Part shown: one piece after another, positions 1 through 12,671 of the stretch
Position numbering within the stretch: the stretch's first letter is position 1
Layout of the letters: every line of letters begins with the position of its first letter
Notes under the pieces: model-generated
Databases searched by the model: none
What the model saw: only the letters and a program-made list of their open reading frames with translations
What the model was told of the DNA's origin: nothing
Translations under genes and position numbers: made by a program
Source: Macrostomum lignano
Taxonomy: Eukaryota
Length of the DNA stretch: 64,000 nucleotides
Assembly: GCA_002269645.1 (NCBI GenBank)
Contig: NIVC01000175.1
Coordinates: 62,001-126,000, forward strand
Direction of reading: 5' to 3'

Positions 1-551
<551 letters not shown>

Positions 552-560
552 TCCCCCCAG

Positions 561-3551
561 GCATTCGCCAACAGCTCGCCAACTGTGGCAAGTCGCACTA
601 TGAATCTCCGGAGGCCTTCGCCGACTGGCCCATCGCCGAGTCGCCGAACAGCCTGCTGAGCGCCATCGCAGCTATCGACGCTCCACCTGAGAACGCTCCA
701 GCTGAGACGGTAGAAAAGAGAATCGTTGGCGGCATTTTGTCGCAGCGAGGTCAGTGGCCCTGGCTGGTGTCGCTGAGAAACGACAATAAAATGCTGCACG
801 AAGTGTTCGACAAGCTGTATAAGGTAGGCACTCGCAATTAAACGCTCGTTGCGGTAGACAAAAATGCAAATGCACGTGGATAAACGAATGCAAGGCAATG
901 CATAACCCAAAAATCTGATCGATCACATTGAAACCATTCATCGATTTCCCAACGCAGATCAAAGTTCACGGCAGACATTATTGTGGCGGCGTGCTGATTC
1001 ATCCCCAGTGGGTGCTCACGGCCAAGCACTGCTTCACTAACCGAGATCTCGATTTTTTGACACGCAGGTAAGCAGATACTGCTCCGATTACACGCGATTT
1101 AAAGCAGACTTTGCATTTGTTTAACTGGGATTTCTTTTTTATCTCGTTCCTCAGCCTGATGCTCGACCTTGAGGCTGACAGCCCGTGTGCTTGGACTGCT
1201 GTTGTTGGAGAGCATGAGATCGGCCAGCAGGACAACACAGAGCTGGAGAGAGCCATCCGGAAGATCTTCCTGGCTCCAAATCTGACTGGTGAGGCCTGAC
1301 TGACTGACTGACTGACTGACTGACTGACTGACTGACTGACTGACTGACTGACTGACTGACTGACTGACTGACTGACTGACTGACTGACTGACTGACTGAC
1401 TGACTGACTGACTGACTGACTGACTGACTGACTGACTGACTGACTGACTGACTGACTGACTGACTGACTGACTGACTGACTGACTGACTGACTGACTGAC
1501 TGACTGACTGACTGACTGACTGACTGACTGACTGACTGACTGACTGACTGACTGACTGACTGACTGACTGACTGACTGACTGACTGACTGACTGACTGAC
1601 TGACTGACTGACTGACTGACTGACTGACTGACTGACTGACTGACTGACTGACTGACTGACTGACTGACTGACTGACTGACTGACTGACTGACTGACTGAC
1701 TGACTGACTGACTGACTGACTGACTGACTGACTGAATTGAGCGCGTGTGAGTGGGTGACTGCCGGACTGAAAATTGGGACAAAAAATCAGTGTTTGATGA
1801 ATGCAAATAAAAAATAATTACATAAATAAACAGAAACTCATCGAAACCTTTTGCAATCGCATTAAAAAACAAAGCTACCCAGCTGTGCTATCCACCCAGG
1901 AAGTGGGGAGTAAAAAATGAATCGAATGAAAAACTAACTTCTAAAAAGTGATTCATCAGTGTTTATGTCTGGCATTGTCTACAGCTTCCGTAAATTCCTA
2001 TCAAAGTTGCGAGTCACGTGTGTTCATGCATGTGTAATTTTAGTTGCCGAAGAAACGGTGGACCCCGACTTGGCCCTGTTGCGCCTTCGCCGTCCGGTGC
2101 CTCTGTCTCGCTTTGTTCGTCCCGCCTGCCTGCCCATGGAGCAGGACAGACTGGTCCCCGGCACGGACTGTGTTGTTGCCGGATGGGGCAAGACCAGCTC
2201 TCTCGGTGAGAACCGGCTCTATTTATATGTCGTTGTTAAATATGTCATGTGTCAAGGACTTCTTATATAGCGTTATTACTATATAATGATCACTAAAAAA
2301 TAATATTGATAACGTTTATCCACGAATCAGCAAGTCATATCGACACTGTGACAAAAAATTTCCCAGGCACTTAGTTTAGGTGCTCTAGCTGAGAGGCTGA
2401 AACAAACAAAGCAAGCTTATAAAACAGCTGATTTATTCCATCCTTTCAGACATGCACCACTCGGAGAGACTCCTGCACGCCAGCGTGAAAATCCACGACG
2501 AGTCCGACTGCGCCGTTGCCTATCGGAACGACACGATCAACCTACGTCCGGGAGAGATCTGCGCTGCTGGGGAGGACTATGCAACCGATGCCTGCCAAGT
2601 GAGTCAGTTTAGTATTATTGATTTTATTTGTATTATTACTACTATTAATTATTAAAGTATACAACTATATATCTTTTCTCGCAAGAGTAATTAACACTGC
2701 ACACTAGTTTCCTTTATTTATAAGTGTTTCTTAGAATAAACTTCGTTTCTAAGAAAGAGAGAGTTGCAAGACTTGTTATATTGGTACAAAATGGGTACAA
2801 GCAGAGTTTAAATATAGGTCATATTTAGTAAATTTACACTGGGTCAGTCTCCAATCAAGTGCTGGCTGCCCAACAAAAATATGAATAGGTATTCCGTATC
2901 TTTAATTTAACCTACAGGTTGATAAAAATTTAACGTTAAAAATATTTACAAGACGCAGGATTCCGGATACGGCTCGTAGTTATTGGCACCTCGACACAGG
3001 GATAGACTACTGGTGTTTCCCTAAATTTTTCACAAGCTCAATTTCTCTTCAGATATTTTTCAAAACACTGATCATACTACTACCAACCAGTAGCTGTTCT
3101 AGAGGAGCATAGATAATCCACGAGAATCTACGACCCAAGGGATTGGAAAACTTTTTTAACTGGAGGCCGGGCCAGATGAGAGTGAAAAGGAGAGAGGGAG
3201 GAGAGGCGAGAGGCGAGAGATGGCATCAGAAAAGAGATAAGAGAAAAGATAAGATTAGAGACACGGAGAGACGGATAGAGAGGCTTTACAGGCCCCATGT
3301 GGCCCTGATCTACGTAAATATAATGCTTTAATCAGAGTTACGCGTACAACTTAAAACATTAATTTCCATTACGCGTCTCTGAGTTCGATAGCGGCGGGCC
3401 TTTGATGTGTCGTCAGCGCAACGGTTGGACCGTGTCGGGCATCGTGTCCCGCGGCAAGGACTGCGCCATGCGCGGCTACCCGGGAATCTACGCCAATGTA
3501 ACGGCTAGCATCGACTGGATCGCCCGTGTGCTGCACGAGCATCAGATCTGA
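561..3551 (+). CDS. Trypsin-like S1A serine protease zymogen, 5'-partial; exons 561-823, 958-1067, 1155-1288, 2044-2205, 2450-2598, 3384-3551
   Basis: All exons join in phase with GT-AG introns. Translation gives NCG linker, KR|IVGG activation site, [26 protein letters not shown] (His), DPDLALL (Asp), GWG, DACQ|FDSGGPLMC (Ser), YPGIYANV, stop TGA 3549-3551. Confidence 0.93.
1296..1735. repeat. (CTGA)n microsatellite in a protease intron
   Basis: Perfect CTGA units starting 7 nt after the GT donor at 1289. Confidence 0.98.
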
Positions 3552-3874
3552 GCTGCCAGAAAGGTCTTTGTGCGATTCTACCTGACGTGTCGTACCGACC
3601 TGCCATTTCTAAAAGTTAATTAATACGCACCGCCAACAACAGTGACATAAGCCTCCTTGATTTATGAGCCTCCGAGAAGTGGCTAAGCAAAAACAAAAAT
3701 AAAAAAACCTAAATGGAGACCAATTGGAAATGTGCGCTTTGGTAGCGACGAACATCTCTTTGAACAATCATTCAAAAATGTCAAAGTTAACCGCGATAGT
3801 TTATTGAATTCTTTATTAACGTTTCTATCATGATATTCAATATATATTAAGAAAGTTTGCTTAACTAAGAACGT

Positions 3875-4995
3875 CAGTCTGTTAGATAGGCCCCTCAGTC
3901 TGTTAGATAGGGTTGCCAATATGTTAGGTAGAAGCGCCGATCTGTTCGACAGTGATTGAGTCTGTTAGATAGCGACAAAATTCTGTTAGATAGGGTGTCA
4001 GTCTGCTAGACAGGGGCGTCAGTCTGATAGACAGGAGAGTCATTCTGTTAGACAGAGTTGTCAGTCTGTTAGACAAAGGTGTCAGTCTGTTAGACAAAGG
4101 TGTCAGTCTGTTAGACAAAGGTGTCAGTCTGTTAGACAAAGGTGTCAGTCTGTTAGACAAAGGTGTCAGTCTGTTAGACAAAGGTGTCAGTCTGTTAGAC
4201 AAAGGTGTCAGTCTGTTAGACAAAGGTGTCAGTCTGTTAGACAAAGGTGTCAGTCTGTTAGACAAAGGTGTCAGTCTGTTAGACAAAGGTGTCAGTCTGT
4301 TAGACAAAGGTGTCAGTCTGTTAGACAAAGGTGTCAGTCTGTTAGACAAAGGTGTCAGTCTGTTAGACAAAGGTGTCAGTCTGTTAGACAAAGGTGTCAG
4401 TCTGTTAGACAAAGGTGTCAGTCTGTTAGACAAAGGTGTCAGTCTGTTAGACAAAGGTGTCAGTCTGTTAGACAAAGGTGTCAGTCTGTTAGACAAAGGT
4501 GTCAGTCTGTTAGACAAAGGTGTCAGTCTGTTAGACAAAGGTGTCAGTCTGTTAGACAAAGGTGTCAGTCTGTTAGACAAAGGTGTCAGTCTGTTAGACA
4601 AAGGTGTCAGTCTGTTAGACAAAGGTGTCAGTCTGTTAGACAAAGGTGTCAGTCTGTTAGACAAAGGTGTCAGTCTGTTAGACAAAGGTGTCAGTCTGTT
4701 AGACAAAGGTGTCAGTCTGTTAGACAAAGGTGTCAGTCTGTTAGACAAAGGTGTCAGTCTGTTAGACAAAGGTGTCAGTCTGTTAGACAAAGGTGTCAGT
4801 CTGTTAGACAAAGGTGTCAGTCTGTTAGACAAAGGTGTCAGTCTGTTAGACAAAGGTGTCAGTCTGTTAGAAAGGAGAGTCAGCCTGTTAGACAGGTGTC
4901 CGTCTGTTAGACAGAGGTGTCAGTCTGTTAGATAGAGGCACCGGTCTGTTAGACAAAGTTGTCAGTCTGTTAGACGGGGCTGTTAGATAGAGACA
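3875..4995. repeat. 21-bp minisatellite (GTCAGTCTGTTAGACAAAGGT)n
   Basis: Perfect copies over about 4060-4860 with degenerate copies on both sides; explains the LSNRLTP pseudo-ORF. Confidence 0.97.
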
Positions 4996-5695
4996 CCGGT
5001 TTGTTAGACGGAAGCACCCAACGGCCGAAAGCTAAAGTTTTCTTCCTCGCGAAAGCGCCATCATTTCCAGCCTCCGAGACAGAAATCCCAAGCAAGCAAT
5101 CTGTTAGACGGACTTCTTCTAGGAGAATTACAAGCAGCTGGCGGGCGGCAGACTGGGAAAGGGGTTCCCGCGCAGAAATAAATTGCTTTAGCCAAGGCCC
5201 GGACTGTGATTTATCGGCGTCTCAGCCACAGAAAGCGAATGAGCGCGCCATGCCGCTGCACTTAGCGTTTCGGAATGGATGGATCCGGAGCTTTCGCAAA
5301 TGGGCAAAAGGCCGACAAAGAGCCGCTCTACCGAGTCCTTTTTCCGTTCCTCCGTTCTCGATTTTTTCTTCTTTCCGCCTCGACGCATTATTTCCTTAGG
5401 CGTCCGAACTTTACTCGAAGCATTTAATACAATCTCCGCCTGACAGAGGCGCTTGAAGAATGAAAATAGTTTCTGGGGATTTTTGTCGGGATCGCTCACT
5501 TAGGACGAAGAAAGTGGAAAGAGAGTATAGATTTCCGGGGAAACCGCTTCGTAGGGAACTTTTACAATGTAGAAAATGGTTCTTGCAAGAACTGAGTAAC
5601 TACTCGTAGACATCTCTCTTTGTAGGAAACTACTTTTCTGAATCCTCAACTATGAGGCGTCTAGTTTATACTCGTAAAATATCTACCGTAGTTTT

Positions 5696-7090
5696 TAAAG
5701 TGCTACCGTAGTTTGTGAAGTGTCCAACGCAGTTTGTGAAGTGTCACCGTAGTTTTTAAAGTGTCTATCGAAGCTTTTGAAGTGTCCACCCAAGTTTGAG
5801 AAGTGTCTACCGCAGTTTGTAAAGTAGCTCTAGTTTGTGAAGTGTCTAGTTTGTGAAGTGTCTAGTTTGTGAAGTGTCTAGTTTGTGAAGTGTCCAGTTT
5901 GTGAAGTGTCTAGTTTGTGAAGTGTCCAGTTTGTGAAGTGTCTAGTTTGTGAAGTGTCTAGTTTGTGAAGTGTCTAGTTTGTGAAGTGTCCAGTTTGTAA
6001 AATGTCTAGTTTGTGAAGTGTCCAGTTTGTGAAGTGTCCAGTTTGTGAAGTGTCCAGTTTGTGAAGTGTCCAGTTTGTGAAGTGTCTAGTTTGTGAAGTG
6101 TCTAGTTTGTGAAGTGTCTAGTTTGTGAAGTGTCCAGTTTGTAAAATGTCTAGTTTGTGAAGTGTCCAGTTTGTGAAGTGTCCAGTTTGTGAAGTGTCCA
6201 GTTTGTGAAGTGTCTAGTTTGTGAAGTGTCTAGTTTGTGAAGTGTCCAGTTTGTGAAGTGTCCAGTTTGTGAAGTGTCCAGTTTGTGAAGTGTCTAGTTT
6301 GTAAAGTGTCTAGTTTGTGAAGTGTCCAGTTTGTGAAGTGTCTAGCTGTGAAGTGTCTAGTTTGTGAAGTGTCCAGTTTGTAAAGTGTCTAGTTTGTGAA
6401 GTGTCCAGTTTGTGAAGTGTCCAGTTTGTGAAATGTCTAGTTTGTGAAATGTCTAGTTTGTGAAGTGTCCAGTTTGTAAAGTGTCCACCGCAGTTTGTGA
6501 AGTGTCTAGTTTGTGAAGTGTCTAGTTTGTGAAGTGTCTAGCTGTGAAGTGTCTAGTTTGTGAAGTGTCCAGTTTGTGAAGTGTCCAGTTTGTGAAGTGT
6601 CCAGTTTGTGAAGTGTCCAGTTTGTGAAGTGTCCAGTTTGTGAAATGTCTAGTTTGTGAAGTGTCCAGTTTGTAAAGTGTCCACCGCAGTTTGTGAAGTG
6701 TCTAGTTTGTGAAGTGTCTAGTTTGTGAAGTGTCTAGCTGTGAAGTGTGTAGTTTGTGAAGTGTCCAGTTTGTGAAGTGTCCAGTTTGTGAAGTGTCCAG
6801 TTTGTGAAGTGTCCAGTTTGTGAAGTGTCCAGTTTGTGAAGTGTCCAGTTTGTGAAGTGTCTAGTTTGTGAAGTGTCCAGTTTGTGAAGTGTCTAGTTGT
6901 GAAGTGTCCAGTTTGTGAAGTGTCTAGTTGTGAAGTGTCTAGTTGTGAAGTGTCCAGTTTGTGAAGTGTCTAGTTTGTGAAGTGTCCAGTTTGTGAAGTG
7001 TCTAGTTGTAAAGTGTCTAGTTTGTGAAGTGTCCAGTTTGTGAAGTGTCTAGTTGTGAAGTGTCTAGTTGTGAAGTGTCTAGTTTGTGAA
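5696..7090. repeat. 16-bp minisatellite (AGTTTGTGAAGTGTCY)n
   Basis: Tandem units with C/T variation at the last base, occasional 15-bp units, degenerate left edge. Confidence 0.96.
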
Positions 7091-7929
7091 TCACGACACG
7101 TACTTTTTGACTTTTAGCTCAAAAAATAGAAAAGCAACGTAATTTAACCAGCAATACAAAACCGAGCGAACCTGAACGAGTTGATGGCGAAGAGTTGAGT
7201 TAATTGGTTTAGTTTTTAATTGCCTTTTTAACCGGTGCATTAAATAACAACAAATTTAGGCCAAACAATTGGTATAGAATTACAAAAATGACCGCTAGCA
7301 CAGGTAGGAAATGCAACAACAGCATGATTTGACTGAATAATAAATTCAAGATCTGAGAAAGGCGAACCAAGAAACTGAGTGGAGGATTTTTACCTGCTAT
7401 TGCATCATTCAAAGCGGTTGCCCTGCCAACCCTACCAGCAGCAGCTATGTTGCAGAGCGGAATAAAAAGGACTTGATCAAAAAGCACAAGAATAAACTGA
7501 TAAAACGGAGGTAGCATTGAGGGAATATTTTCCTATTAAAGCAACTACAGAAGTTAACGGTTGTGACGGCAATGACCTACAAATTGGTACGCTCAAAATT
7601 TTTAAAAACAAATTGACATTGTCATTCAGATAACTGTATCGGAAAGCATGAGATGAAGCATCTTCTAAGTAGACTTATTGAAAGACACTGTAAGTGCTGC
7701 ATCATTTTAACTCAAACGGCGCTGAGACACGAATAAATAGCTGCTGGTGACGTCATTGGATGCACAATACAATCGGCGTTTAAATGAAATGAAAAAGGCC
7801 GGCTGCTTGCAAGCTAGGGGCATTTGTTGAGGACAAAGAAATGCACCAGATCCAGTGACTTTGGATCTTTGGATTTCACTTGATATCTCAAGCTGATATC
7901 AAGCCAAAAAGTGTTTTTAAAAACTCAGC

Positions 7930-9643
7930 CTAAGAGTGCAGGAACGGAAAAAGTTTGTTAGTCAGTTGCTTTCGTCCTGCCACCAACTTTCTTTCGAGCC
8001 TGTCGTCCAGGTCGCAGCTGGTAACCCGGGCGGAGCCAATCTGGTATATGAGGTTGGCGCAGGCTGCTCTATCATTCCGACACTGGGTATTCAGCTGATG
8101 CAGAGTAGCAGCTGGGCACAGATCCAGAGTCTGATGCCGGATTCTCTCGGTGTCCTCATCGCAGTCGTCGTCAAGCCAACGCGGACGGCGTCGCTGGTGC
8201 CGACGCGGCGGCCATAGTGAAGGCCGGCAAGTCCAAGTTAATCTCGGCCTTGGAGCAGAGTCTGAGTCCGCCCTCCGAGGGTGCCAGGACCTCGGCAATA
8301 GTCGCAGTTTCTGACCTGCTTCCCTTCCTCTTGATCTCGTCAGTAGGAAAACGCAGTTGTGCATCCAATATGAACCGCCTCGAATCGTTTCCTGAAGTTG
8401 CAATTTGTTAATTGTTTATGACTTTCAATTTTATATCAAATGGTTTATGCAGATAATCGGCTATTTATTCTTTATACTGATAATAATTTTATAGCAAGTT
8501 AGACTTCAACATGAACAATGTCTATTTTTATCCTCGGTTTAGTACTAGTCGGTGGTGCTGTTGCAATTCGTACAATGAATGGTGTTGCAATGTCTAGCCT
8601 GAAAGTGCCTAAACCTAAATTACAATTATTATGCTTGATAGACAATTCGAATGTAAAAGAAAGTTCTCACCTGCAGCGTGAATGCGCCGTCTTTGCTGGT
8701 GCAGACAAATGGTTCAGCTCCGCCACACCCACCTGACGTCCGTTTGCGTTGCCTCAAGCTGACAATCTGCACCCTCCCAAATCGACTTCGAGGAATCCGC
8801 CACGGATATGACGGATGCTGAGTCCAGTATTGCAGCTGGAACAGCTCTGCGGGTGAGTAAAGTAGCCAAAAATATAGACTTTATGATCTTAGGAAATGAA
8901 GAGCAGTTTTCAAAGATTCATTTTGAGAATCGAATTTTAGAAAAATTTAATAGACCATAAGGCGATGAGAAAGATTTTTTTCAATCTAAAAAAGTCACGC
9001 CCAAGCCAGCGCGTGACCGGCGATCCAGTTACTGTATGCAGCCCAGCACTTAGCAAGAAAAAATCTAACAGTTGCCAAATGCCCCCGATTTTGCCCAACT
9101 CTGTTAGACTTACAGATGCCGGTGGTTAACAAAGGATAACTTTACCATTGGCAGCCGCCCTGGAGCAGCTCTCAGCAGAATCGCAGGCATCAGGTTCGGC
9201 ATTTATCGCTGCCAGAATCCGCCGACTGCAGCCTCTCAGAGCAGCGGGTCGCAAGTATTGATTCGAACAGGTGGATCTCAGTCTGACATGCAGTACTGAT
9301 GGCTCGGTTGCAGCCTCATCGCATGCGGGATGATGGCTGGACAATCCCAGCTGGCTGACTTGGCTTTCGGAGAGGCTGACTTTGTTGCTAGCACCTGAGC
9401 ATTGCTGAAAAGTAGTCAGTTACTTTTTTATGCAAACGCATCGCTCAATCAATTGCTCAAATTGAAGTCTAAATGATTGAATTATTTGCAAATCACAGTA
9501 TAACAACTTACTTGTAAATAAGCTGCTAGAATTATCACGAGCAGAGGCCAATTGACGCTTATTTTAGCGGAACTTCTACAGCAGGACAACCGGGTGGTTG
9601 ACCTGCCGCCCGTCGAAACCAACAGAGTGTGCGTTAGACACAT
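7930..9643 (-). CDS. Secreted FGF-like (beta-trefoil) protein, about 342 aa; exons 9643-9512, 9404-9146, 8846-8671, 8391-7930
   Basis: Four open exons joined by GT-AG introns in phases 0, 1, 0. Hydrophobic signal-like segment WPLLVIILAAYLQ. FGF-core-like motifs: VRLRSTCSNQYL, SRRILA, LFQLQY, FGRVQIVS, FVCTSKDG, NCVF. The gene model is firmer than the family assignment. Confidence 0.62.
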
Positions 9644-10451
9644 TCTCCAGTCCTAAACTCGATTGTTTGCGGTTGTGATGCTTCTGGAGTCAAGGAAAGG
9701 CGCTAAGAGTAAGTAGCAGAGGAATTGTTCCCAGCTAGAACGCTTGGTTTGCCTGGTATTTGTAGATTTTCGTTGGCTACCCTCCTACTAAGCTATTAAT
9801 AGGAGTGACAAATGCACTGCGTCCCCTGGCGGAACCTGGGCTCGCAGCGTCCCCAGACTGTGGTGAAACCCGACCACCCCATGCAAGAAGCTATTTTCGT
9901 CTGCCCACACAGTTTTATTAGAGAGTGCGCACATTTCAGCCAAAACTGTAAAGCTCTTATTTGGTCTACGAACAGTCTTTACTCAGCAAGGCGGGTTTCC
10001 ACAAATATTTTGGCGTTTAAGATCAGCAATGACTCACCAGGCGGAGGTCATGGGTGCAGCAAAGTTGAACGAGAATCGACACTATTTAGAGATTGCCGCA
10101 AAGGATAACTGGAATACAGAGGGCAAACAGTGCTGGTTCCTAGCCACATCTTTATATAACGAACGGGATTCGCTTATTGGCGGCTGGGATCGCCAGTTTT
10201 GCAGATGCTGGACTGCCCCTGCCCAATGAAGAAGCACACTACGACTCGTAAACAGTGATGCATAAAAAAGACTGGTGTATTGAGAGTTTTATATTTTGGC
10301 TTAAAGCCAAATACAGATCATATAGTACGTAGGATTGGTGATTAAAAAGTTCTGTGACCTACTCTTCCGTAGTCGGTTGGGTTAAAATATACTGAGACAT
10401 TTTTACCTTCGTGGGCAGTTCTGCTAAAAAATCAATGAATTATTTTCAGCT

Positions 10452-11027
10452 GGAATGGACTCCGACCTCTCCTTTAACTCAGCTGCAGGGGGTTCCAGGC
10501 AATCCGGATACAGCTAGCAGGTGTTGACGCCCATTCTGCTAACCCCTGGTGACCACGGGCAGCTAGTGCTGCGGTGTCTCGTAGAGAGATCCCGTCGTGT
10601 CGGTGTCCGCAGCGAGGTCCCCATCCGGAGAGTTTAGGAGGTGGATCGTCAATCGCCCGGTAGCCCTCAGGTAGCGATCGAGCTGGCAGAGATTCTCGGA
10701 CTTGAAAAAATCCGAGAGGTCCGGGTTTGGGGCCGAGGTAGGTGAGGTGAGCTTGTCCTGAGTAAAGACCGGCATTCGCAGATGAAGTGCTCCGCATTCT
10801 CAACACCGGAGAGGCAGAATGGATCCTAGTGGTGATGATGCTTGGCAAAACAGCCATGACCCGAGAGGGCCATAGTCACCGCCCTGATGTCCCTGCAGTA
10901 GAGTTCAAGCAGAGCCTTGCGGGGGGCGCGGGATGGACATGGGACAGCCGCGCAGGATTGCCGGCATTCGGAGGCGTTAGCCCACCTTTCCTTGTTAGCC
11001 CACCTCTCCTCTCCTGACCACACCCTG
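10452..11027 (-). mobile_element. 5'-truncated, decayed LOA-type LINE fragment (ORF2 C-terminus plus 3'UTR)
   Basis: Translation CRQSCAAVP...[16 protein letters not shown] aligns to the end of ORF2 at 36142-39882 (CRQSRGAVP...RDIRAATMTLSGHGCF). Flanked by 9-bp direct repeat TTTTCAGCT (10443-10451, 11028-11036), a candidate TSD. Confidence 0.85.
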
Positions 11028-12159
11028 TTTTCAGCTTCTTCATGCAACCTTCAAAATGTATTATCCCTTTTTTATTTTTTTATGCAGCTCGGCTAAATAT
11101 GGGTGGACATCCAGGCTGATTTGCAAGCAGTTTTTTTCCTAGGGCTACACCGTTTTTTTACAGCGACGCGTGCTGGTTGCGCCACTTTCCCGATGGTCAA
11201 TTGAAGACAATGGACGACCTTGAACATCCGTGACAGAGGGGCTAGTGTCCCACGCAAAAGCGATTTAACGCGAAGATAAAAGCGCGACACTGAGCTTCCT
11301 TTTGCCTACGAGCTTGGCGTGACCTAGGTTAGCACTCAAAAAGTCAGGCTAAATTGGATTGCCAAGAATACAAAAGTACAATAAGATGCTTAGCTACTTA
11401 ATCTCAAACTAAGGCATTGGTTTTCTTTTTTAAATAAATTAATCTGCGCCCTATACAACCGTAGACAGTATGGTTTTATGCATTTTCTTCGATCCATTGA
11501 CGCGTAGAAAAGGTGCCGCTCCTTAACTCTTTTCCGGTAGTAAAAGCCGCCAAAACAAAGCAGCCTTGTGAAGTAGCTTTAGACAGATTTTTATTACTTT
11601 TAAAGCTTTAAATGGAAACAAATATGACCGGTAAATTATGATTTTCAATACAAAGAATGAGTGAAAAAATTGTTACGAGTACACCTGGTGTGAAATGTAT
11701 AAATTGTCCATTGACAACTGCGCAAAAAGTCGGTAGAGCGCCTGCACTGTCTGACTTGCGAGCCTAAGGCCCACGCAGACTACTGAACTTTTCTATCCGA
11801 TTGAAAAACGGATTAGTCATTCTCTACGAATCCTAGTTTTTTGTCTATTATCAACCTCGATTGAGGCCCCGCCCCGACTTGTGCGTGGGCGGCATTGGTT
11901 TCGGCTGTCAACTGTTGGAGCCGTGCCAAGCTTTTTTCTTGGATGCTTGCCAGGAATTTATACGAACTGCGTGCAGTGCATATATGCATGTTTTTTCGGA
12001 ACATGCGCCAACTTAGACACTGCACATGAAATAAAAGTTCCTTTTTGCTATTTATTTGCAAATTCATATTCAGTTAGGAGTTTAAGAATAAACGTTGTAA
12101 ATCGTATACTAGATAAGTAAAAAGCAAAGTACACAGCAAAGACAATAGATAAAAACAGA

Positions 12160-12671
<512 letters not shown>

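Noticed and set aside
1099-1872. 257-aa SQSV-repeat ORF, and the CLSV ORFs at 12048-12709
   Set aside because: Translations of tetranucleotide microsatellites that lack stop codons on that strand.
3924-4853. 309-aa LSNRLTP ORF or CRISPR-like array
   Set aside because: Pure head-to-tail 21-bp repeat with no unique spacers; eukaryotic context; no cas genes.
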